This document shows, in pieces, positions 56,663 through 64,000 of a DNA stretch of 64,000 bases. The stretch covers positions 64,001 through 128,000 of the forward strand of contig CAWCNY010000004.1 of the NCBI GenBank assembly GCA_963797095.1. Reading direction: 5' to 3'. The number at the start of each line of letters is the position of its first letter. The first letter of the stretch is position 1. A program made the position numbers and the translations under genes. The notes under the pieces were generated by a model. The model was not told the DNA's origin and searched no databases. It saw nothing but the letters and a program-made list of their open reading frames with translations. Origin of the DNA: an uncultured Chloroflexia bacterium. GTDB lineage: Bacteria > Chloroflexota > Chloroflexia > QHBQ01 > JADMIH01.

Positions 56663-58105
56663 ATGGATATACTCCTCACACACGGCTACTTCCTACATGA
56701 AGACCCTCACGAGTTGAAGGTGATGAAGCCTTACCCACCGTTGGGGATCCTCTATATTTCATCTCATCTGAAGGCGCGAGGGTTCGACGTCGGCTTGTAC
56801 GATACCACCTTCTCGACCATGGAGGAATGGCGCGCGTACATAGCCAAGACTCGCCCCCTGATCGTTGGTATTTACGCCAACTTGATGACAAAGCTTAACG
56901 TAATACCGATGATAGCGTGGTGCAAGCAAGCGGGTGCCGCTGTGATCGTGGGTGGCCCGGAGCCTCCTCACTACGCCGAGCAGTTCCTGGACCGGGGGGC
57001 AGATGTTGTGGTCACCGGCGAAGGCGAACATACTCTTGAAGAGCTTATTCCGGCGCTCAGTCGATTCGGGCCGCACGGCCTGCACGACATTGCCGGAGTT
57101 GTCTTCCGGGACGAAATGGGAGTAACGCACAAGAATCCGCCGCGAGGTCAGATAAAGAAGCTGGATGACCAGCCTTTCCCCGACCGCGAGTTGATCGACA
57201 TTCAGCGATACGTAGACACGTGGCGAACCCACCAGGGCGTCGGTTCCGTTTCCCTCATAACTGCTCGCGGATGCCCTTATACCTGCAAGTGGTGCAGCCA
57301 TTCGGTTTTCGGCAATACGCACCGCCGCCGCTCACCTGAAAACGTGTTGGCCGAGGTTGAGTTGCTGATCGAGCGCTATAAGCCGGACCAATTCTGGTAT
57401 GCCGACGACGTATTCACGATCCACAGGGGCTGGACGTTGAAATACGCCCAGCTTCTTAAGGAGCGTGGAATAAAGATTCCGTTCGAGTGTATTTCGCGGG
57501 CCGATCGACTTGATACCGAAGTGATCGAGGCATTGGCCGGGATGGGATGTGACCGCCTCTGGATCGGCTCGGAGAGCGGCAGCCAGCAGGTCCTGGACGC
57601 GATGGACCGGAAGACGCGCGTAGAAGATGTACAGGCAAAGACGCATCTTTTGAGGAAAGCGGGTATCAAGACCGGCATGTTCATTATGCTTGGATACGAG
57701 GGAGAGGAGGTTTCCGATATCGAGGCCACGGTGGATCATCTCAAGAAAGCGGATCCGGACCTCTTTCTCACAACGGTGGCTTACCCGATCAAGGGCACTC
57801 CCTACTATCACGAGATCGAAAGTCGCGTAATTGAGACGCTTCCCTGGGACAACCGCACCGACCGCGACCTGACCGTGGCAGGACGCCACTCCAGGCGCTT
57901 CTACTCCTATGCCACGCGCTGGATGGTGAATGAAGTGGGCTTGCACAAGATGCGCCGCTCCCGCACCGGAAGCCTCCCCAGGCTGACCAAAGCATATATT
58001 AATTCGCGAATTGGCCGTTTGGGAATGAGGCTAACGCATCGCGAAGTGGAGAGCAATCCAGCAGGGCGCGGACAGCTTCACACCGAAAACATCGTGCCGT
58101 CTTAG
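56663..58105 (+). CDS. B12-binding radical SAM enzyme 3
   Basis: PYPPLGILY, VGGP, TARGCPYTCKWC, GSESGSQ. Confidence 0.93.
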   Translation: MDILLTHGYFLHEDPHELKVMKPYPPLGILYISSHLKARGFDVGLYDTTFSTMEEWRAYIAKTRPLIVGIYANLMTKLNVIPMIAWCKQAGAAVIVGGPEPPHYAEQFLDRGADVVVTGEGEHTLEELIPALSRFGPHGLHDIAGVVFRDEMGVTHKNPPRGQIKKLDDQPFPDRELIDIQRYVDTWRTHQGVGSVSLITARGCPYTCKWCSHSVFGNTHRRRSPENVLAEVELLIERYKPDQFWYADDVFTIHRGWTLKYAQLLKERGIKIPFECISRADRLDTEVIEALAGMGCDRLWIGSESGSQQVLDAMDRKTRVEDVQAKTHLLRKAGIKTGMFIMLGYEGEEVSDIEATVDHLKKADPDLFLTTVAYPIKGTPYYHEIESRVIETLPWDNRTDRDLTVAGRHSRRFYSYATRWMVNEVGLHKMRRSRTGSLPRLTKAYINSRIGRLGMRLTHREVESNPAGRGQLHTENIVPS

Positions 58106-58196
58106 TATCCGACTCGAGTTGTCAAGAGTCAATTTGCGTGCCCAAGCACGGATAGACTCAGCTTCAAGGACCCCGCTCACCACGTGAGGGCATTGC

Positions 58197-58241
58197 AAAA
58201 TAGCCGAAGTTGGCAGCTTCGCCACCAACTTCGGCTATTTT
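58197..58241. terminator. Bidirectional terminator / long inverted repeat
   Basis: AAAATAGCCGAAGTTGG-11 nt-CCAACTTCGGCTATTTT, a perfect 17-bp stem between convergent operons. Confidence 0.8.
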
Positions 58242-58327
58242 AGCGCAGGATTTCGCGGACTTGACAGAGCCTCGGATTTCAGGGTGTTTCGTGCTTTGGG
58301 CGCTATCATAGATCCTGAGTAAGTGAT

Positions 58328-59254
58328 CTAGGCGGCCCCAGACACCTGCACTTCCAGGTTCAACGGCTTGTTCCCGCGAATGAGCGTTAATTCCATCTTG
58401 CCTTCGGTGACGCCCTGCGATAGCGCCCTTCTCAGGGTCGCCGTGTCGGCCACAGGCTGGTCCGCGACAGCCAACAGCACGTCGCCGAGGCGCACCCCGG
58501 CCTTCGTGGCGGGACCATGCGGGTCGAGGCCGATCACTATTACTCCGGAAGTTACCTCGTAGCCGCCTTCGCCACGGCTGTTGATGCGCACCGGACGCAC
58601 ACCCACGCCCAGGTAGACACGCTTGCCCGCTCGAGCCAGCCAGTCAAGGGCGACATGACTCGGCACCGCCACCGACAGGTCGCCGCCGAAGATCATCGAG
58701 TTGACACCAACCACCTCTCCACGTGAGTTCAGCAACGGGCCGCCGGAGTTACCCGGAGCCAATCTGACATCAGAGCGTATGTAATCGGCGCTTCGCCCCG
58801 TCCGCACGCCCGTAATCTTGCCAAGACCACTGACGATGCCCATCGTGACAACGTCCTTGTGGCCCCACGGGTGGCCAACCGCGAAAACAAGCTCGCCGAC
58901 CCGTAGATGCGATGAATCGCCAATCGGCAGGGCAGGCAGGTCTTTACCCTCCACTTCGAGGAGTGCAAGGTCGAGCGCAGGATTTTCGGCTGCAAGCCGC
59001 GTGTCGAACCGGCGTCCATCGTTCAAGTGTATCTGAGGGCGTCCACCGGTTCCGGCGACCACATGATAGTTGGTCATGATTTTTCCGTCGCCGCCCCAGA
59101 TTATTCCAGCACCCGCTCCGCGTCCCCGACCTCGCACCTCTACCACGCCTGGGCGTGTACGCGCCACCAATTCTACTATCGCATCAGAGATCGACGGTAT
59201 CGACGTGGCGGGTGCCTTGGACTGCTCCACAGTAGCTAGAGCCATTTCATTCAT
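58328..59254 (-). CDS. S1C serine protease with PDZ, no signal peptide
   Basis: TNYHV, DLAL, PGNSGGPL, PDZ. Confidence 0.92.
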   Translation of the reverse strand: MNEMALATVEQSKAPATSIPSISDAIVELVARTRPGVVEVRGRGRGAGAGIIWGGDGKIMTNYHVVAGTGGRPQIHLNDGRRFDTRLAAENPALDLALLEVEGKDLPALPIGDSSHLRVGELVFAVGHPWGHKDVVTMGIVSGLGKITGVRTGRSADYIRSDVRLAPGNSGGPLLNSRGEVVGVNSMIFGGDLSVAVPSHVALDWLARAGKRVYLGVGVRPVRINSRGEGGYEVTSGVIVIGLDPHGPATKAGVRLGDVLLAVADQPVADTATLRRALSQGVTEGKMELTLIRGNKPLNLEVQVSGAA

Positions 59255-59314
59255 CCTTCTTCTAATTCATTAACAATGCGTCAGTAGTTCGTCCGCCGGC
59301 AATCGAGGGACTTA

Positions 59315-60220
59315 CTACTCACGCTCACCGACCGTAATATCAAGGCTGCGAAGCTCGCCGCCCCGGATTACCTCTACAGGCACAGTTTTGCCCACTCGCT
59401 CCCCGGAGAGGAGTGCAAGTAACAGTTCGGCGTCCGTCACGGTTTTTCCGTCCAATCCAACCAGGATGTCGCCGATCAACAAGCCACCTTTGGAGGCAGG
59501 GCCATCTTCGTCAACATGGACTACCAGCAGCCCGCTCTCTTGCTTGCGCCCTGCGCGCTGATTTTCGCCCAGTTCCACGCCCTGGCTGGCGATCCCCAGG
59601 TAGCCCCGCTTGATAGTGCCGCTCTGCAAGAGCGCATCGGCCACACGCACAGCCAGGGCCGAAGGAATTACCACCGACGAATTGCCCAGGATGCCCGACG
59701 TCATGATGCCCAGCACCTCGCCATCTGTGCTCACCAACGGCCCGCCGGAAAAACCGGGATAGGGGCGAGCGTCGGTGGTCAGATACTGCTCAAGGAGCAC
59801 ACCTTCTCGCGTTCTCAGTGGCCCACCGACCGCGCTCACGATTCCGCTGCTGGCCATCGGCTGGCCGCTCGCCGGTCGCCCCACGGCCAGCACAAACTGG
59901 CCCACCTTCGCACCGTTGGCGGTAGCCGCCGCCTCCAGGCCCAGGCCCTCTACCTTCAACACGGCCAGATCTGTAATCGGGTCGCGACCCGCCAATTTCG
60001 CCTTGAAAGTCTTCCCCTCCGGGGTTTCGATCTCTGGATCATCGCGCTCAAGCACGTGCGCCGCAGTCAGTACAACATCGTCCTTCAAGACGATGCCCGA
60101 CGCCGCCTGCCGTTCGCGTCCATTCACCAGCACTACAGACTTTCCTACCCGCTGGACGGCACCGGCCAACTGACTCGAAAAACTAGCCAGTGCGTCTGTC
60201 TTCTCTTCAGTCGCTTCCAT
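59315..60220 (-). CDS. S1C serine protease with PDZ, no signal peptide
   Basis: TAAHV, DLAV, PGFSGGPL, PDZ. Start uncertain (60220, 60232 or 60241). Confidence 0.92.
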   Translation of the reverse strand: MEATEEKTDALASFSSQLAGAVQRVGKSVVLVNGRERQAASGIVLKDDVVLTAAHVLERDDPEIETPEGKTFKAKLAGRDPITDLAVLKVEGLGLEAAATANGAKVGQFVLAVGRPASGQPMASSGIVSAVGGPLRTREGVLLEQYLTTDARPYPGFSGGPLVSTDGEVLGIMTSGILGNSSVVIPSALAVRVADALLQSGTIKRGYLGIASQGVELGENQRAGRKQESGLLVVHVDEDGPASKGGLLIGDILVGLDGKTVTDAELLLALLSGERVGKTVPVEVIRGGELRSLDITVGERE

Positions 60221-60237
60221 TTTGCTCTCCATCCGTT

Positions 60238-60579
60238 TCAAACCATCTCTGTTGAATCGCCAATGGCGCGTGTCGGCTCGCCGCCCGCGCTCTCCTCTTT
60301 CTCGCCTTCGGCAGATTTATCAGCAGCGTCCTGTTCGGTTGTAGCGCTGTCTTCCGAAGACTTGCCTTCCGCAGGTCTCTTGAAGATCATATAGCTCGTC
60401 TCGGCGGGCCACAGTGGATGCACGCCGGCCAGTTCCCAACCGTCCTTGCCGAGGTGATCAAGCACTGTGCGCACAAAGGCGCTGCGGCGCTCGCCCCTCT
60501 CCATCATGATCTCCTGTCCCTCGATTGAAACGCGGCCACGGAAGTCCACGTAGGCCACTCTATATTCCCATTGTGCCAT
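60238..60579 (-). CDS. DUF4177-like small protein
   Basis: QWEYRV...LGKDGWEL...IFKRP. Confidence 0.8.
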   Translation of the reverse strand: MAQWEYRVAYVDFRGRVSIEGQEIMMERGERRSAFVRTVLDHLGKDGWELAGVHPLWPAETSYMIFKRPAEGKSSEDSATTEQDAADKSAEGEKEESAGGEPTRAIGDSTEMV

Positions 60580-60714
60580 CTTTTCACCTCCGGCAAATCT
60601 TACGGCCCTGGCGGCGTAAATCCCCTGACGCCGCCAGGGCCGTCTGCTCTAATTATGCAGAGGCCCGAGGGCAAATGCTTCTACCTTCGGGCCTAATTCT
60701 CCTCTATCGCCTGG

Positions 60715-60804
60715 CTAGTAGTCTGTCAAGCCTAATCTGCTAGGTAGCAGCAACGGCAGCTCAGTCGTAACGCTCCTACCAAATGCCGCTTGACAGACTA
60801 CTAG
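60715..60804. repeat. Perfect 17-bp inverted repeats bounding a 90-bp segment
   Basis: CTAGTAGTCTGTCAAGC (60715-60731) and GCTTGACAGACTACTAG (60788-60804). Confidence 0.85.
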
Positions 60805-60818
60805 TTTGTCTTTGGCTA

Positions 60819-61037
60819 TCAGTCAAACAAAAGCCCCAATTCCCTGGCTCGCGCCACTGCCGCGCCGCGCCCGCGCCCCTGCACACCCAACTTCTGGTAT
60901 ATCTGTGCCAGGTGAAACTTCACAGTGCCAACCCCCAGGTTCATCCTGCCTGCGATCTCCTTGTTCGATAGACCTGCTGCCAACAGACTTAGCGTGGTCT
61001 CCTCCTGGGGCGTAAGCCTCTCGTATACAGCCTCCAC
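60819..61037 (-). CDS. LuxR-type HTH domain (possibly the C-terminus of the upstream ORF)
   Basis: LTPQE..L.LLAAGLSNKEIA..TVKFHL..IYQKLGV. In frame with the upstream ORF across a TGA. Confidence 0.8.
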   Translation of the reverse strand: MEAVYERLTPQEETTLSLLAAGLSNKEIAGRMNLGVGTVKFHLAQIYQKLGVQGRGRGAAVARARELGLLFD

Positions 61038-61058
61038 GCGATCTGCCTGGGTTCCCGC

Positions 61059-61490
61059 TCAACTCCTTCCGGGCTGTGCTCCAGTCTCGCCGTAGGGCAC
61101 GCTCAGTTCAAGTCTCAAACCATATCCCCTGCCCGATGATAGGGACAAGGTGCCGCCGAGCATGCCAATGTCGGCGTAGCAAGAGAAGATGGCTCGCTCT
61201 GTTGCCGCCCGGCTGCCGGCATCCAGGGTTCCATCATGCTCCACGCGAACATTGAGTGCTTCATCGCTGTAGGAAAGCTCAAGAGCAGCGTGGTGTAGCT
61301 CGCGCGCCGAGCGCGCCGATGCGACAACAGCACCAACCGTATCGGCAAGAATTTCTCGGCCACGCCCGCCGACTTCGGAGGGCCGCCCCAGCAGGCGCAG
61401 GTCCAGGTCAACCTCCCGCTCGTCGGCCAGTGACCTGACCCCAGCCCACAATTCGGTAACAAGCTCTGAGATGGCGATACCTGTTGCCAT
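61059..61490 (-). CDS. Degenerate histidine-kinase HATPase-like domain
   Basis: LNVRVEHDG...LGGTLSLSSGRGYGLRLELSVP resembles a NarX-type HATPase C-terminus. No N box or H box seen. Confidence 0.6.
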   Translation of the reverse strand: MATGIAISELVTELWAGVRSLADEREVDLDLRLLGRPSEVGGRGREILADTVGAVVASARSARELHHAALELSYSDEALNVRVEHDGTLDAGSRAATERAIFSCYADIGMLGGTLSLSSGRGYGLRLELSVPYGETGAQPGRS

Positions 61491-61492
61491 GC

Positions 61493-62425
61493 CTATCCTC
61501 GGCGCTTCTCACGACTGGCTAGCAAATGGTCATAAAAGAGGTACTGCTGAGCCCAACCGGCCTTTTGAAAGTGCGTGTGATAAAAGTTCAGCACCTGAGC
61601 ATATCCCGCCGCGGTGGGCGTTTTGCTCCTCAATTGAGGCAGGTAGCGTTCACGCGTAAGTTGCCACACATGCGTATCGACGGGCACCGCCTGATCCTTC
61701 GCCATCGCAAAGAGGCACACGCAATCCGCGATCTTGGGGCCGACCCCATCTAATCGCTGTAACTCTCCGCGCGCCGTGGCATAATCCATCTTGCCAACTT
61801 CGTCCAGCCAACCCGACGGCTTGGAGGCAACCTGCGCGGCCACCTTGACGAGGTTGCCTGCCCGCCACTCCAGGCCGGTCTTCTCGCTTACCTCGTAGGG
61901 ATCGAGGCCCGCTATCACGCCAGCCTCTGGGAATCCATATGTCAACGGCTTGCCATCCGGCCCATTTATAGGCTTACCCCAGGTGCGGGCGATGATTGCT
62001 ATTGCTTTCATGATCCTGGGAATAAAGTTGGCCGTGGAGCACATGAAGGAAAGGAGACACTCCTCCGGGTCCTGCCGGACGATTCGTAGCCCATTGAACC
62101 GGTCGGCCAGCGATCCCAGGTAAGGATCGGCCTCGCGCCACGAATCGTACACGTTTTCGAGGTCAACATCCAGCCTGAAAAAGCGCTCGATGAGGCCGCG
62201 ATCAAGCTCGCCCGGATACGTGAAGAATTCAAACCTATCGACATCACGGGAGGCCACTCCCACTTTGCGTATCCGGATCATGCGGTTGCCCGTTACGACG
62301 TCCCACCAACCGTCGGGCGTCTGGCGCCATCGGAACATCTGGCCGTTGCTCAGAGTGTATTCAAGGTGCAACAACCCGTCCGGGTACTCGAGAGTGCCCG
62401 CCCGTTCTGCATCGTTCAGGCTCAT
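61493..62425 (-). CDS. ogg: 8-oxoguanine DNA glycosylase (OGG1-type HhH-GPD)
   Basis: TLSNGQMFRW, RQDPEECLLSFMCS, LDGVGPKIADCVCLF, PVDTHV, AGWAQQYLF. Confidence 0.9.
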   Translation of the reverse strand: MSLNDAERAGTLEYPDGLLHLEYTLSNGQMFRWRQTPDGWWDVVTGNRMIRIRKVGVASRDVDRFEFFTYPGELDRGLIERFFRLDVDLENVYDSWREADPYLGSLADRFNGLRIVRQDPEECLLSFMCSTANFIPRIMKAIAIIARTWGKPINGPDGKPLTYGFPEAGVIAGLDPYEVSEKTGLEWRAGNLVKVAAQVASKPSGWLDEVGKMDYATARGELQRLDGVGPKIADCVCLFAMAKDQAVPVDTHVWQLTRERYLPQLRSKTPTAAGYAQVLNFYHTHFQKAGWAQQYLFYDHLLASREKRRG

Positions 62426-62532
62426 GCTACTTCTCCTGATCACTTTATATCACAACCGGCAACGTTTTGGCCCAACCCCTGTCCAGATGATATAATGAGG
62501 TCGACCGGGTAGCGAATCAGAAGAACCTTAAA

Positions 62533-62901
62533 TTGGAGTCATATACCGTGAACCTGGAAATGCCTAATGCAGGAGGACCGGCGGTGAGCGTCCACACCAG
62601 CCATATGAAAGTTGCAGACATACGCGACATGCTGAACAAGGAACGATACGAGGCGCTTGATGTGCGCGACCCCATCGCAATCGCGCAAGCAGCGGAGCGT
62701 TACAACGTGCTGGATGCAGTACTGGCAAGCTTGCCGACCGACGAGATGATGGACCTCTATAGGCCTCTCCTGTCGGTTTCGCAGGCAGCCAAGCTCCTTG
62801 GTTATAAGCCAAAGGAAGTGCGCCGCCTTCTAGGACAGGGTAAGATTTCAGGGAAGAAAGTTGGTAACGAGTGGCGGGTGCCTCTCAAGGCGGTTCTCTA
62901 G
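62533..62901 (+). CDS. Excisionase/HTH_17-type DNA-binding protein
   Basis: C-terminal LLSVSQAAKLLG...GKISGKKVGNEWRVP. Confidence 0.8.
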   Translation: MESYTVNLEMPNAGGPAVSVHTSHMKVADIRDMLNKERYEALDVRDPIAIAQAAERYNVLDAVLASLPTDEMMDLYRPLLSVSQAAKLLGYKPKEVRRLLGQGKISGKKVGNEWRVPLKAVL

Positions 62902-63095
62902 AGCCTGTAATGAAATATGGGCAGTAAGTAATGGTTTGGACGAAACGATGCGCCGTTAGAGCCGAATCGCATGTTCGGCAGCCGTCTGTTCAGCGTGCTC
63001 GCCGGGTGTATAGCTGATCTCATTATTGACAAGGCCACTTCCACCGTATCCCCTCTCATCGGATGTATCCACAGGAGATTTGTTATAATAGCCCT

Positions 63096-63410
63096 ATGTA
63101 CAAAAGAGATATTTCCAGCGGTGTAGTGCACGAAGTTCCAGAGGATTTACGGAATGCTTTGACTTCTGACCCGCAAGCGCTTGCAGTATGGGAGAGTCTT
63201 ACGCCCCTAGCACGCAATGAATGGATCTGCTGGACGATCTCCGTTAAGAAGCCGGAAACCAGAAGAGAGCATGTTGAAAGGGTGTGCTCAGAGCTTAAGG
63301 AGGGAATGCGCCGGCCATGTTGTTGGTATGGCTGTATTCACCGGACAGATAAGGCAGTTAGTCCTTCAATACAGGCAGTGGTGCTTGATAGACAATCTAA
63401 GCGCAAATAG
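63096..63410 (+). CDS. YdeI/OmpD-associated family protein
   Basis: VPEDLRNAL..WESLTPLARNEWICW..KKPETR..RPCCW.GC.HR. Confidence 0.85.
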   Translation: MYKRDISSGVVHEVPEDLRNALTSDPQALAVWESLTPLARNEWICWTISVKKPETRREHVERVCSELKEGMRRPCCWYGCIHRTDKAVSPSIQAVVLDRQSKRK

Positions 63411-63492
63411 CGTGTTTGCCGCCAAAAAGTGCACAACAGACTCCAGACTCTCGATAGATCACCCTCACCGGAGCGTAACGGAGGTCAAGAAC

Positions 63493-64000
63493 ATGGCAAT
63501 TGACGAACAAGCCCCATCAGTGGCGAAGGGCACAGGCGAGCAATTCGTCTCGGAGCGCACAAACGGCGTGCCGCCGTCAGGTATACGCAAGTTCTTCGAC
63601 ATCGTCGCGACCATGAAGGATGTTATCTCACTCGGCATTGGCGAACCTGACTTCGTAACACCCGAACCAATCCTGAATGCGGGTATTGAGTCGCTCCGGG
63701 CCGGACACACTTCGTACACATCCAATTCGGGCATCCTTGAGTTGCGCCAGCTTCTCTCAAGCCATCTGGAGCGCCGTTACGGAGTCAGATATGACGCGGA
63801 GAGGGATCTGCTGATCACAGTGGGCGTTAGCGAGGCCCTTCTGCTTGCCCTCATGTCGTCTCTCGAGCCGGGAAGCGAAGTGATCGTGCCGGAGCCATGC
63901 TTCGTAGCCTACCAGCCCACAGTCACTTTCGCGGGCGGAGTGCCCGTGCCCGTGCCAACCTACGTCAGCCAGAACTTCCAGGTCACCGTAGATGACCTGG
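63493..64000 (+). CDS. Class I/II PLP aminotransferase (runs off the window edge)
   Basis: Manual translation: SGIRKFFDI..DVISLGIGEPDF..YTSNSGILELR..ITVGVSEAL..PEPCFVAY. Confidence 0.9.
   Translation, partial: MAIDEQAPSVAKGTGEQFVSERTNGVPPSGIRKFFDIVATMKDVISLGIGEPDFVTPEPILNAGIESLRAGHTSYTSNSGILELRQLLSSHLERRYGVRYDAERDLLITVGVSEALLLALMSSLEPGSEVIVPEPCFVAYQPTVTFAGGVPVPVPTYVSQNFQVTVDDL

Noticed and set aside
52243-58105. Assigning the radical SAM genes to hpnP, hpnJ or bchE
   Set aside because: The motifs are generic to the B12-radical SAM class, and no hopanoid or bacteriochlorophyll genes are in the window.
58119-58267. TGTCAAG/CTTGACA pair resembling the 60715-60804 repeats, as if bounding a mobile element
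   Set aside because: Only 7 bp match, no target duplication or transposase; could be chance.
61059-61061. Selenocysteine read-through of the in-frame TGA
   Set aside because: The codon lies in a linker with no redox motif, and no SECIS-like hairpin is evident.
60823-61062. 79-aa alternative-frame ORF over the LuxR gene
   Set aside because: The LuxR motif is in the other frame and this translation has no recognisable features.
1-64000. CRISPR array, rRNA, tRNA, transposase or integrase
   Set aside because: No regularly spaced repeats or matching motifs seen by eye. Intergenic gaps are short and mostly explained.

Overview
Chromosomal, GC-rich bacterial window, most likely Chloroflexota. This is inferred from a DUF2298/Chlor_Arch_YYY protein, 'YFPETGH...GYPISE...QYFER' surface repeats and a monoderm-type gene set. 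It holds about 50 CDS: a MoxR-VWA cluster, cutA/tatB, a GT39-DUF2298 gene split by one base, a liv ABC operon, uvrC-prenyl synthase-tsaC, htrA, mltG, miaA-dapL-hflX, a Gld-like ABC exporter, an Rpf-like muralytic enzyme, recD2/ssb, a DD-carboxypeptidase, three B12-radical SAM genes with glycosyltransferases, tandem S1C proteases and ogg. I saw no rRNA, tRNA, CRISPR array, integrase or transposase. Best candidates for undescribed systems: (1) a putative SOS operon with two LexA-type boxes on a near-consensus promoter, driving a mini SWIM zinc finger, an unknown 261-aa protein and SSB, followed by RecD2; (2) a locus of three B12-radical SAM enzymes, a GT4, two GT-C and a nucleotidyltransferase-like gene; (3) several structured leaders matching no riboswitch I recognise; (4) two single-base ORF interruptions. 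All calls come from reading motifs by eye; no searches were run.
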